A stretch of 64,000 nucleotides of DNA from an uncultured Chlamydiales bacterium. GTDB taxonomy: Bacteria > Chlamydiota > Chlamydiia > Chlamydiales > JAAKFR01. Both the position numbers and the translations under genes were made by a program. The stretch spans positions 1,131,757-1,195,756 of the forward strand of contig OY969414.1 of assembly GCA_963699155.1 (NCBI GenBank), read 5' to 3'. Every line of letters begins with the position of its first letter. Positions within the stretch are counted from its first letter, which is position 1. Positions 47,986 to 57,428 of this stretch are shown here, piece by piece. The notes beneath the pieces were generated by a model that searched no databases, was not told the origin of the DNA, and saw only the letters and a program-made list of their open reading frames with translations.

Positions 47986-48743
47986 TCAACAATGCCTTTT
48001 ATGATGATTTGGGAAAAAAATGGTATGAGGCCTATGACCACCCCATCGCCTTGCTGAGGGCAGAAAATAGAGCACGCGCTCCTTGGGTTGCCCAAAAAAT
48101 TCACGATCATTTTGAACATAAAAAGTGTGCTGTCCTCGATATTGGCTGTGGTGGAGGGTTTTTAAGCAATGCATTGGCTCAGCAGGGGCATCAAGTGACG
48201 GGTGTCGATCTTTCGGAAGAGAGCTTAACTGTGGCACGCGAACATGACACAACCTCGACTGTTCTCTATAAAACAGGAAATGCTCTTGCACTTCCCTTTG
48301 CTCCATCACAGTTTGAAATCGCCTGTGCGATGGACCTTCTCGAACATGTGGAAGATCCCGGAAAAGTGATTGGTGAAGCTGCCCGTGTTTTAAAGCCAGG
48401 GGGGCTCTTTTTCTTCCACACCTTTAACCGCAATTGGCTAAGCTGGCTCTTTGCGCTAAAGGGAATCGAATGGTTTGTCCCAAATTCTCCCCCCAATATT
48501 CATCTCTACCGCTTATTCATTAAGCCAAGTGAGATGTCTACCTATTTCCAAAAGAGCTCTCTCAAGCTTTCTCAAATGTGTGGCTTAATGCCGATCATGG
48601 ATAAAGCGTTCATTAAACTCCTCCTCAGCCGCCAAATTTCGCACCAATTTTCATTCAAAATGGTGCCCTCTCTCAAGTGTGGCTACATGGGTTATGCGAT
48701 TAAAGATAAGAGCATTACCGACTCACAAAACTCCAAAAGATGA
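47970..48743 (+). CDS. UbiG-like SAM-dependent O-methyltransferase
   Basis: VLDIGCGGGFLS, LEHVEDP, LKPGG, FIKPSE; ATG 47970. Confidence 0.85.
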   Translation: MERKVVNNAFYDDLGKKWYEAYDHPIALLRAENRARAPWVAQKIHDHFEHKKCAVLDIGCGGGFLSNALAQQGHQVTGVDLSEESLTVAREHDTTSTVLYKTGNALALPFAPSQFEIACAMDLLEHVEDPGKVIGEAARVLKPGGLFFFHTFNRNWLSWLFALKGIEWFVPNSPPNIHLYRLFIKPSEMSTYFQKSSLKLSQMCGLMPIMDKAFIKLLLSRQISHQFSFKMVPSLKCGYMGYAIKDKSITDSQNSKR

Positions 48744-48913
48744 GGATTTCTACCAGATAGAGGGCTAGTAGAATGAAGGTCCCGATGATGTTGATCTTCC
48801 GGCGCGATCTGATATCTGGAGTGAGCCAGGATTTAAATAAGCCTCATGCACATCCTCTGGAATTGTAAGCTTAGTCGTAATGATGTTGGCTTTCTTGACG
48901 AACTGAGCCATCT

Positions 48914-49414
48914 CTAGTAGTGAACGTGATTGGGCATCTTTTGGAATTCCTTCCACACTTCCACTGCTTGGGGCCGTAAGTATTCAGTTGACTTGATACG
49001 TCGATCTTTAGGATCTTTCCTCAGTTCATCCTGAATATCGGAGTCGGCGAAATTACCATAGGTGAGTGCATCTTCAATGGTTGAGGCATAAAAAATTTGA
49101 TCGATATGAGCCCAGTAAGCAGTGGCAAGACACATCGGACAACATTCCCCTGTTGTATAGAGATCGCACCCATCTAAGTGACAACTTCCAATATTCTTAC
49201 ACGCTTCTCTAATGGCTTGCATCTCACCATGCCAGGTAGGATCGTTATGTTTCACAACTTGATTGTAACCCTCTCCAATAATCTTACCGTCTTTAACCAC
49301 AACGGCACCAAAGACGCCGCCCGATTTTTCAACGAGTGAACCTTGACGTGCCAGTTCAATCGCTCTTTTCATAAACTTTTCTTCTGGTTTTCTTGCCATC
49401 TTCTCCCCCTCCAT
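48914..49414 (-). CDS. nucleoside/guanine deaminase (CDA superfamily)
   Basis: DPTWHGE, ECCPMC, YWA. Confidence 0.88.
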   Translation of the reverse strand: MEGEKMARKPEEKFMKRAIELARQGSLVEKSGGVFGAVVVKDGKIIGEGYNQVVKHNDPTWHGEMQAIREACKNIGSCHLDGCDLYTTGECCPMCLATAYWAHIDQIFYASTIEDALTYGNFADSDIQDELRKDPKDRRIKSTEYLRPQAVEVWKEFQKMPNHVHY

Positions 49415-49740
49415 AAAACAATATTTTTACTTTTCAATTAATTATAAGCTTTTTTGTTAAAAAGAAGAACTACTGTTCTATTCGTTCCAACACAGTCACT
49501 TGGAAGAGCAGGCGGAACACTTTGCTCATATTGAAAGAGTTGTGCAGGATCATATTTCAGCTTCACACTTTTCAGTCTCTGCACGTTACCTCCATAGTAA
49601 GCCAAATTTTCTCTTATCAGAATGAGTTATTTTACAGAATGACAAGTGAGTGAACATAGATCGCAGAAGTGGAAGAAGACAGAATCGCACTACTCTGACC
49701 ACAGCTTGCTCGGGTAATGACGATATTCATAGTGCTCCCG

Positions 49741-50244
49741 CTAGAGCAGAGATGAATCAATGGCAACATGCTTAATGCAACGTTGGGATAGATTGGGTGG
49801 GGTCCATGCATAAACAATATGTATTAGCCCTTGCGAATCAAGTATAGCTGAAGGCATTTCTCCAGAGTCTCTTTCTAAGGTTAGAAGAGGTTGCCAGGAA
49901 TCGCCTCCATCCTGAGAAAGAGCAATAATTAATGGAAAACGATCACTATGAGAATGGTTGTAGATAACTAATAAAGAGCCAGTTCCTAAATTTGTTACCT
50001 CAATACTTGAATCAGGATTAGGGAGAGATGTAGGTTTGAGTTCACTCCATGTTTTTCCGCCATTATGAGATTTAGCACTCCAAATCCAGCCTTTTTGGCC
50101 AATTTTAGCAGCTCGATCTCTACAAAATAGCTTTAGATGCCCATTTTGATCCTGGACAAGCGAAGGTTCTATTGCTCCAAAATGTCTTCCCGGAATTTCT
50201 ATAGCACGCCTGGAGCTACCTCCGCAATGGATGGGCTGTGGCAA
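49741..50244 (-). pseudogene. C-terminal half of a BNR/exo-sialidase-like domain
   Basis: Asp-box motifs SHNGGKTW and SQDGGDSW, LPNPDSS; no own start. Confidence 0.65.
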
Positions 50245-50840
50245 TCAAAATTGGAAACTACAGGAGAAAGGCACTCGCTGACAAGAATTGATTTCCTTGT
50301 TTTGATTAGAAAATCTGTAAGCTCCCGCACTGCACCATGACCGCCTTCAAATGAGGAGATCCATCCACACGCTGCCCTAACTTCAGGAACAGCATCTGTT
50401 GGGCAGCAAGCCAATCCTACGATCTTCAAAACGGGTAAATCAGGCAGGTCATCACCCATATAGCAGATTTCATCAAGCTTGAGATGATGTATATCCGCAA
50501 GTTCTTTAATAATAGCCACTTTATCTTTGACATTTTGATAGATATGGCAAATTTTGAGTTCTTGACTCCTTCTTTCAACCATAGGAGAAGCGCGGCCGGT
50601 GATAATAGCTGTGATGAAATTCTCCTGTGCAGCCAAAACAAGCCCGAGCCCATCTTTTACATTAAAGACTTTGAGCTCCTCTCCACTCGATGTGTAGGTA
50701 ATTTCTCCATTTGTCAAGACGCCATCGACATCAAGAGCAATCAGCTTAATATTTTTAACGCTCTCCAGATTACCTTGAATCTCATAACCAGATATCGTGA
50801 GAGAAAGCAGGCAAAATAGTGCAGATAAAAAAGGCTTCAT
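50199..50840 (-). CDS. kdsC: KdsC-family HAD phosphatase with a truncated sialidase-like tail
   Basis: LDVDGVLT, FNVKDGLG, ITGR, MGDDLPD, GGHGAVRE. Confidence 0.8.
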   Translation of the reverse strand: MKPFLSALFCLLSLTISGYEIQGNLESVKNIKLIALDVDGVLTNGEITYTSSGEELKVFNVKDGLGLVLAAQENFITAIITGRASPMVERRSQELKICHIYQNVKDKVAIIKELADIHHLKLDEICYMGDDLPDLPVLKIVGLACCPTDAVPEVRAACGWISSFEGGHGAVRELTDFLIKTRKSILVSECLSPVVSNFDCHSPSIAEVAPGVL

Positions 50841-51289
50841 GAGGCTTGTAAAGCAACATAAATTTTAATTTCAGGGTTGTTTTGAAGGGCAAACTGAGGT
50901 GGATAGACTTCAAAATCAACAGTATAGGCACGTATAATAGGCGAAGCCCAAATTTTTTGCCAAGCTGTCACTACAGATTCGGGGAATTTCCCTGTAGCAG
51001 GAAAGAGAGCATACTCAGCTGCTGGAATGACTTTGCCAGTCAGCCCCACTGGAATGCTGTTCAAATCAGCCACTTCATATCCAATAATGCAGGAGTAGGG
51101 TTTTGTAAAATCACCCTCATAATCTGTGTAGAGAGAAAAGATCGTCTCACACAGCTTATTAGGGATTTTATCAGCAATGCGCTCATTAAAGAACCTCTCC
51201 CAATGAGCAGGGATCTCTTTTTCTGCTCTTTCATTTGAAGTTCTCAATGAGATCCCAAGAATGAATTTCTCACCTATTTTTTCCTGCAT
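50837..51289 (-). CDS. GyrI-like effector-binding domain protein
   Basis: LRTSNE, IPAHWERF, LYTDYEGD, WQKIW, RAYTVDFEVY. Confidence 0.85.
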   Translation of the reverse strand: MQEKIGEKFILGISLRTSNERAEKEIPAHWERFFNERIADKIPNKLCETIFSLYTDYEGDFTKPYSCIIGYEVADLNSIPVGLTGKVIPAAEYALFPATGKFPESVVTAWQKIWASPIIRAYTVDFEVYPPQFALQNNPEIKIYVALQAS

Positions 51290-51654
51290 AAGATCTTCCT
51301 ATTTTTGAATTGGCGAGGACAGTAAGTGTGATTGGAAAAATACCGAAACACCGGGCAATTCAAAAGGAGCGTGCAACAAGTACAAAATTTCCATTTTTCT
51401 CTTCTTGTGATTTATGGATCATTCCTTTATACCCCTGAGAAGTTTTTTTTGCACAGAGATATGCTCCAACTCTTATTTTTAGAGAGAGGCTAAATAAGGC
51501 GAGACAGTGGCATTTGAGTGGAGTTTATTGCCTTGAATGGCTTCTAATCCTTGTTGCAAAGAATTATCCAGCTATGTGAGAAGGATAAATTCCTTTTTGA
51601 TGGGTTTCTGTATAGTTATGGCTGATATTTTACGACATATATACACCCCTAAGG

Positions 51655-52692
51655 ATGGATCCTGCTATCGCCGAGATGGAAACAGCTCGTTTGCAAGATT
51701 TTGTCTTAAAAAACAAAATTTTAGACCGCGATTATAAATTCTATTCCCTTTTTATTTTTGGAATTTATAGTGCATATATAATGACGTTATATTTTATTGC
51801 TAATAGCTCTAATTACTTTGTCATTGTTTTACTCTCTATTTTTTTTGGCATAATCGCTACACAGATCGCAGGGCTAATGCATGATGCAGCTCATCAAGCG
51901 ATGTTTAAGTCAAAAAAAATGAATCATTTGTTCGCGGGTCTTTTTGCTGCAACAATAGGGGGTAACTATCGACATTGGATTGATAAACATACGCAGCACC
52001 ACGATCACCCCAACCGCATAGATTCAGATTCCGATTTAGAAGTGCCATTTTCTTTCACAACCGAACATTACCTATCGCAAACAGGCTACAAGAAATGGTT
52101 CCGCCGATATCAAGCTTGGATTTACTTGCCTATGTGCAGTTTCCTCTTGTATGCCATGCAATTCGATCAGCATATAATCCAGTTATATAAACGCAAATTC
52201 AACGCCTTAGATTTGTTGATCTGCTGCGTAAGTATTTTCTTGTGGTATGTAATGCCTTTTCTTCTATTTGGAGCTACAAAAGCGATAGTCTTTATTCCCA
52301 TTGCTTCATTTGTAACAGGCATTTACATGGCCAATATCTTTGCCACAAACCATAAAGGAATGCCTCAACTTTCTAGAGATACCGAAATGTCCAACCTTGA
52401 GCAACAAATCATTACAACTCGCAATGTGCATCCCGGAAAATTAACCGACTTTATTTATTTGTGTTTAAATTATCAAATAGAACACCACTTATATCGCCAA
52501 TGTCCGCGAAATAAATTGAAATTATTAGTTCCTTACCTCAAAGATCTTTGTCAACGAACTGGCATTCCTTATACGGTTCAAACTCCATGGCAAGCCTATA
52601 AAAGTATTTTCACAGACTTATCGCAGACAGCCAAAAACGGTCAAAAAGCACTTAAAGAACGCAAGAGCTCTTCCATGTTAATTCTTGAGTAA
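51655..52692 (+). CDS. membrane fatty acid desaturase (front-end type)
   Basis: His boxes HDAAH, HTQHH, QIEHH. Confidence 0.9.
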   Translation: MDPAIAEMETARLQDFVLKNKILDRDYKFYSLFIFGIYSAYIMTLYFIANSSNYFVIVLLSIFFGIIATQIAGLMHDAAHQAMFKSKKMNHLFAGLFAATIGGNYRHWIDKHTQHHDHPNRIDSDSDLEVPFSFTTEHYLSQTGYKKWFRRYQAWIYLPMCSFLLYAMQFDQHIIQLYKRKFNALDLLICCVSIFLWYVMPFLLFGATKAIVFIPIASFVTGIYMANIFATNHKGMPQLSRDTEMSNLEQQIITTRNVHPGKLTDFIYLCLNYQIEHHLYRQCPRNKLKLLVPYLKDLCQRTGIPYTVQTPWQAYKSIFTDLSQTAKNGQKALKERKSSSMLILE

Positions 52693-53206
52693 GCCCAAAT
52701 TATCTTCGACCGTTTCAATGACCTCGTCCATACTTCCGTGTAGGACTTGTTTAAAAAAGCTAAGGGTGAATCCCTTTGCAGTGTGGAAAGGAATATGGGA
52801 AGGGAGTGACAAAGCACGTGGATCGACTACAGATCCAAATATGGGGTTTCAAGTTTTCTCTCTTTTGTTTGGAGTGTCATATAGAGTCTCTTTTCAAAAT
52901 TTAGTTTAAAATAAGTTGCTGAGCTGTTTGTGACTTCTAAGTCGGAAAATGTAAATTCCGATTTGGATCTGCCTCATCAAGAGGTCCCTGCCGGTGCGAT
53001 GAGGGTGATCGCTCTTAGGAAACCGAATAGGAGCCGGGATCGGTCAAAGCTAAATCTTTCAAGGCTTTAATAAAATTCTCTTTGGTAATGTATCGCCACC
53101 ATTTTTTTGGACACGAATCTGACATAAATAATTTTTTTATACTGCCACCGAGAACATTGGACACGGATTTGCGATATACTTAATCGCAAAACCAAGGAGA
53201 TCCAAC

Positions 53207-53518
53207 ATGGAAGAAGGTGGTCAAATCAAACGATGGACCGCGGCACGTAAGATTGAAGTTGTCTTACGTCTATTAAAAGGAGAGTCCATCGATAAACTAA
53301 GTCGAGAACTCGGTGTAGAGGCTTATTTAATCGAAGAATGGCATTCAAAAGCAATTCAGGGCATGGAAGTGGGATTAAAAATGCGTTCCGAAGACCCTGT
53401 TCAACATGAATTAGACCATGCTAAGAAACGCCTGGGAGAGCTCATGATGGAAAACGAGCTCTTGCAGATAAAGGCCAACAAAGCACCGGGTTTTCGTATG
53501 GGGAGGTCCAAGAAATGA
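53207..53518 (+). CDS. IS orfA (HTH)
   Basis: RWTAARKIEVVLRLL...LSRELGV, coiled coil LGELMMENELL; AGGAG RBS. Confidence 0.85.
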   Translation: MEEGGQIKRWTAARKIEVVLRLLKGESIDKLSRELGVEAYLIEEWHSKAIQGMEVGLKMRSEDPVQHELDHAKKRLGELMMENELLQIKANKAPGFRMGRSKK

Positions 53519-54552
53519 GCGAGAAGATCTCTCCTTCAACCCATCTTAAATATGGTGTAGAATTAGTTTGTACAGTGTGGAAGTTTCCTCGCTCATCTTT
53601 CTATCATAATAGAAAGCGGCCATATAAACCTAAGGGGCTTCGAGGAAAAAAGCCGACCCTCTCAGACAATGATCTATTGGAGGCCATCAAAAAAGACATA
53701 TCCGAAAGCCACTTTCAAGGAGAAGGACATCGAAAAATACATGCTCGATTAAAACGCTTCAAGAAACTAAATATTGGGCGGAATCGAGTTTTGAAGCTAA
53801 TGAGAGAGCATAAAATGCTCTCTCCGTATCGCGTTGAACAGGGAAAAGAACGCCTACATGATGGACGCATTACAACAGACCGCCCCAATGAAATGTGGGG
53901 TACAGATGCCGCTAAGATTTTCACCCTCGAAGATGGGTGGGTGTGGTTTTTCGGAGTAATTGAACATTGGAATGCTGAATGTCTAGGGTGGCATGTCACA
54001 AAGAAAGGAAGTCGATTTGCTGCAATAGAAGCCTTAAATAAGGCTGTTGAGGTTGTTTTTAGCAAAACATCCTCTAATGTGGCTCGTGGGGTCAGTTTAC
54101 GAGTAGATCATGGCTCTTAATTTATGTCAGAAGGCTTTATTAACCAAACACGGTACTGGGGCATAAGTATAAGCAAGGGCTTTGTGAAGGAGCCTGAAAC
54201 CAACGGGGTGATAGAAAGGTTTCACAGAACATTTAAGGAGCAGATTGTACACGGTAGGCATTATCATGGCCTAGAAGACTTTAGGAAGGCTGTAGCAGAG
54301 TTCATTAAGTCGTACAATGAACACTGGCTTTTAGAAAAGCTAGATTATCACTCCCCTCTGGAAGCCAGGGAGTTATATTCCAAAGAACACCCTTCTGAAC
54401 AAATTTTATCGGCGTTAGCTGAGGTTGGAGAGGGAGCACGGCTACTTTGTTCTGGCAAGGATATGATAGCAAAAACTGAGAATTTTAGAATAATTTTAAA
54501 GCGACGGAAGAAATTTACGCAAATTTGTGTCCAAAGAAATGGTGGCGATACA
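53515..54552 (+). pseudogene. IS orfB DDE transposase with an in-frame stop
   Basis: WGTD, DHGS* (TAA 54118-54120) FMS, ETNGVIERFHRTFKE. Confidence 0.85.
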
Positions 54553-55172
54553 CACTCAGCATCGTGGGTACATTTCATGATGCGAATACGATTAAAATTT
54601 GCAGCCTTTAAGACTTTGCTTATGAAGGCAGCTTTTCCTAGATTATACCCTGTGAAAGGGGAATTATTTTTTCATATGAAGATTTTTCTTGCAAAAGTTT
54701 ACCTTTTAGCTCTGCATACTCATTAAGTATTCAGGGTGGTTTGCAAATAGTCTCTGAAAAGAAGGTTGAGTTCAATTTCAGGGTGCCCCTTCTTGTATAT
54801 GTGAAGGTTAACATCTATGCCCTCAGAACGATTAAAATAAAATCGCATAGGAATATTGTACTTTCCCTTATATGTGAATCCCAAACTTTCGAGGTAGAAT
54901 TGCCATTTAGGATTGCCAACAACCCTTATCATGTCAATGACTCGTTTAGCAGAAAGACCCGGCCGGAGTGAGCCGATGTGATGAATGGCCCAACAATTCG
55001 ATCCTAGAGCCTCCTAAATTTTTACAGCTTCCATTCAATATTTTAGGCCAGTAAGATTATAAGGCGCTACGACGATGTTTTTAGTCTGTTTACTTGAAAC
55101 ATTTTCAAGCTTTTTACCAACAAGCAAGCTCCCTATGTCTTGAAGTGGATAATCATTTTTATTTTCAGACAT
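54553..55172 (-). pseudogene. GrpB-family protein, frameshifted and cut by the IS
   Basis: Fragments IVVAPYN, HHIGS, NLHIY...LLFRDYL, YAELK in different frames. Confidence 0.7.
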
Positions 55173-55683
55173 TTCTTTTTTCATTTTTTCCAAAAAAACA
55201 TTTAGATCTTCTTGATCGTGAAGTTCGTAAAATTGAACATGAGGATATTTCTCTTGTAGCTCAGTGATAGTTTTTCTCACGCGCTTATCAAATCCCCAAA
55301 GATATCGAATTAAAAGCAAACGAACACATTCTGAAAATCTCCTCTGCACGATATGAAATGCGATGATCTTTAAAAACTAATTGTTTAAAAATGCGATATA
55401 AACACAATAAACGGTTAAATCGAAAATATAAAACAATATTGGCCTGGCTATAGCGCATTTCTAAAGATTTTGTTGCATTCCCATCGATGATCCAAGACTC
55501 TTGTTGCACTAAATTCGCTTGAATTGTCAAAAAATCTTCATATTTACGTTCTTGCCATTCTTCGATAAAAAAATAACGGTCCAAATGATAGAGAGGGAGC
55601 TGCATTACTTCGCTTAAATGGAGGGCAAAGGTTGACTTACCGCTACCTGGTATTCCAAAAATCATAATTTTTTTTGGCGACAT
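55173..55683 (-). pseudogene. FlaR/topology-modulation P-loop protein, frameshifted
   Basis: GIPGSGKST, LYHLD, WIIDGN; continues in another frame (55035..55349). Confidence 0.7.
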
Positions 55684-55698
55684 ATTGAAACAGTTAGT

Positions 55699-56190
55699 TT
55701 AATGAGAATTCAACAAATCTTTCATTTCGAGTGACATTTGATAGTGAGGCACAGGGTGCCAACTGGCAATGAATTCCCCAATAATTTTAAAGCCAACCTT
55801 TTCATAAACATGGATAGCCTTTGTGTTGGTTGCCTCAGGATCTATAAGCACTTTTTTTACATTGGGAATTAACTGAGAAGAAAGTGTCGAATCATATGGA
55901 CAGCCAACCCTTTGCCTAAGTAGTCGGGATCACAAATAAAGAGATCCAGTGTGATCGTGTCAACGCTATCAAAGGAGGTAATGAGAAAGGCGAAGGGGAT
56001 ATTATAGTCGTAGCCGATCCAATAAGTGGTATCAGAACTTCCCTGAAAAAAATTTTCTAAACCGTTTAAGGTATTATTAGACGTTTTCAGTGAATCCATT
56101 CCCGAATATATTTTTGTGCTAACCATTCTTGGACGAGTTGTTTTTGATTTTCTGGGCGTGAGAGAAATAAAAGAGTACGCCACCTCTTTT
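55699..56190 (-). pseudogene. GNAT acetyltransferase (AAC(6')-like), frameshifted
   Basis: DLFICDPDYLGKGL and IDPEATNTKAIHVYEKVGF in different frames. Confidence 0.7.
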
Positions 56191-56228
56191 GGTATCTTGC
56201 GATTACTTCTGAAATGACATGACGAGCA

Positions 56229-57068
56229 TTATTCGCAAGAGTCAGTTTTATCTTTGTAATAGGGGAGGGCGATAAGAGCATTTGATAGTGCCCAGCCTTG
56301 TCCTCTTATCCACATTTCATCGTCGACTTGTAGAGCAGAGCGGAAGATAGCTCGTGTGTAGGAGGGTAAAAGGTTCCATGCGATGATGAGATCAGAAGCG
56401 GGGTCACCGATACCCAGAATGCCAAAATCAATCACCGCACTAAGATGACCATTCACTTGGAGAAGGTTGCCTGGCGAGAGATCGCCATGTATCCAGACAG
56501 GAGGCTTTGACCACTCAGGCGCCCTTAAAGCGTTTTCCCAGATCTGTGTAACTAACGGTACATCAACCATTCCCTCTAATTTTTCTAAAGCCTGCTGAGT
56601 TTCAAGGTCTTTTTCTATTAAAGGCACACCTCGATTGGAACGGGGACCATTGGATAGATTTATGCTGCGCATAGCCCGAATAAAAACAGCCAGTTCATGT
56701 GCCAGTGCTATTGGATTTTGAGGAGGAGCCCAACACGATTGTTTCCCTGCGAGCCAACAATAGATCGACCATGGGTAAGGATATTCGTTTGTAGGTTGAC
56801 CTTTAGCAAGTGGGATAGGAATTGAAGTAGGTAGAAAAGGGGCTATTTTGGGCAGCCATAAGTATTCCTTATCCACATTTTCTACAGCCCAACCAATCTT
56901 TGGCAATCGTATGACCATCTCGTTGCCAAGCTTGTAAAGTGCATGGTCTGTACCTGCAGAAAGGACGGGTTTAAGCTCTAAGCTCGCCCATTCGGGAAAT
57001 TGTTCTCTGATGAGGTTTTGTATAAGGGGCTGATCGATGTGGAATTCATCAGCGTGCATTTTAGACAT
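56229..57068 (-). CDS. aminoglycoside phosphotransferase family protein
   Basis: WIHGDLSPGNLL, VIDFG, GDPASDL. Confidence 0.88.
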   Translation of the reverse strand: MSKMHADEFHIDQPLIQNLIREQFPEWASLELKPVLSAGTDHALYKLGNEMVIRLPKIGWAVENVDKEYLWLPKIAPFLPTSIPIPLAKGQPTNEYPYPWSIYCWLAGKQSCWAPPQNPIALAHELAVFIRAMRSINLSNGPRSNRGVPLIEKDLETQQALEKLEGMVDVPLVTQIWENALRAPEWSKPPVWIHGDLSPGNLLQVNGHLSAVIDFGILGIGDPASDLIIAWNLLPSYTRAIFRSALQVDDEMWIRGQGWALSNALIALPYYKDKTDSCE

Positions 57069-57261
57069 GATCTGTACCTTTATAAAAAGTGGTAATATTT
57101 TACTTCTCCATAAGCTAAGACGTCAAGGTCGCAAACCTCTAGAATCATCAAAAATCAGGTTGGATTAGATGGGTTTAAGTTGTAAGATACTCTGACAGAA
57201 ATCTAGCAAACACACCATATTAGGAGGTGCAAATAAGAGCTAAGTCATTAAGAGTAAAGAG

Positions 57262-57303
57262 TGGGGCAACCTGGATTTGAACCAGGGACCGACGGGTTAT
57301 GAG
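57262..57303 (-). tRNA. 3' fragment of a CAT-anticodon tRNA (Met/Ile2); probable att site
   Basis: Minus strand CTCATAACCCGTCGGTCCCTGGTTCAAATCCAGGTTGCCCCA: anticodon loop, T-arm and acceptor 3' strand; 5' half absent. Confidence 0.8.
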
Positions 57304-57428
57304 GGCGGTAGAACGCCAACCTATCAGCAACATTCAGCCGCTTTCAGAAGGAAGATAAGCGATTGTTACACAAAAAGCTACTGGTTTTTATCCGTTGATT
57401 TGGGTTGTTTTGGTTACTCACTGTACCG

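Larger units (their letters stand above)
53089..54552 (+). mobile_element. IS3-family insertion sequence, 1464 bp, probably inactive
   Basis: 26-bp IRs TGTATCGCCACCATTTTTTTGGACAC / GTGTCCAAAGAAATGGTGGCGATACA (25/26), TG...CA ends, orfA + orfB; no TSD seen. Confidence 0.88.

Noticed and set aside
52930..53080. Possible structured RNA left of the IS
   Set aside because: Locally GC-richer but no convincing stems or recognised family
54553..54726. C-terminal part of ORF 54124..54726
   Set aside because: Read-through beyond the IS right IR, antisense to the GrpB remnant
57262..57303. Functional tRNA gene
   Set aside because: D-arm and 5' acceptor strand were not found next to it
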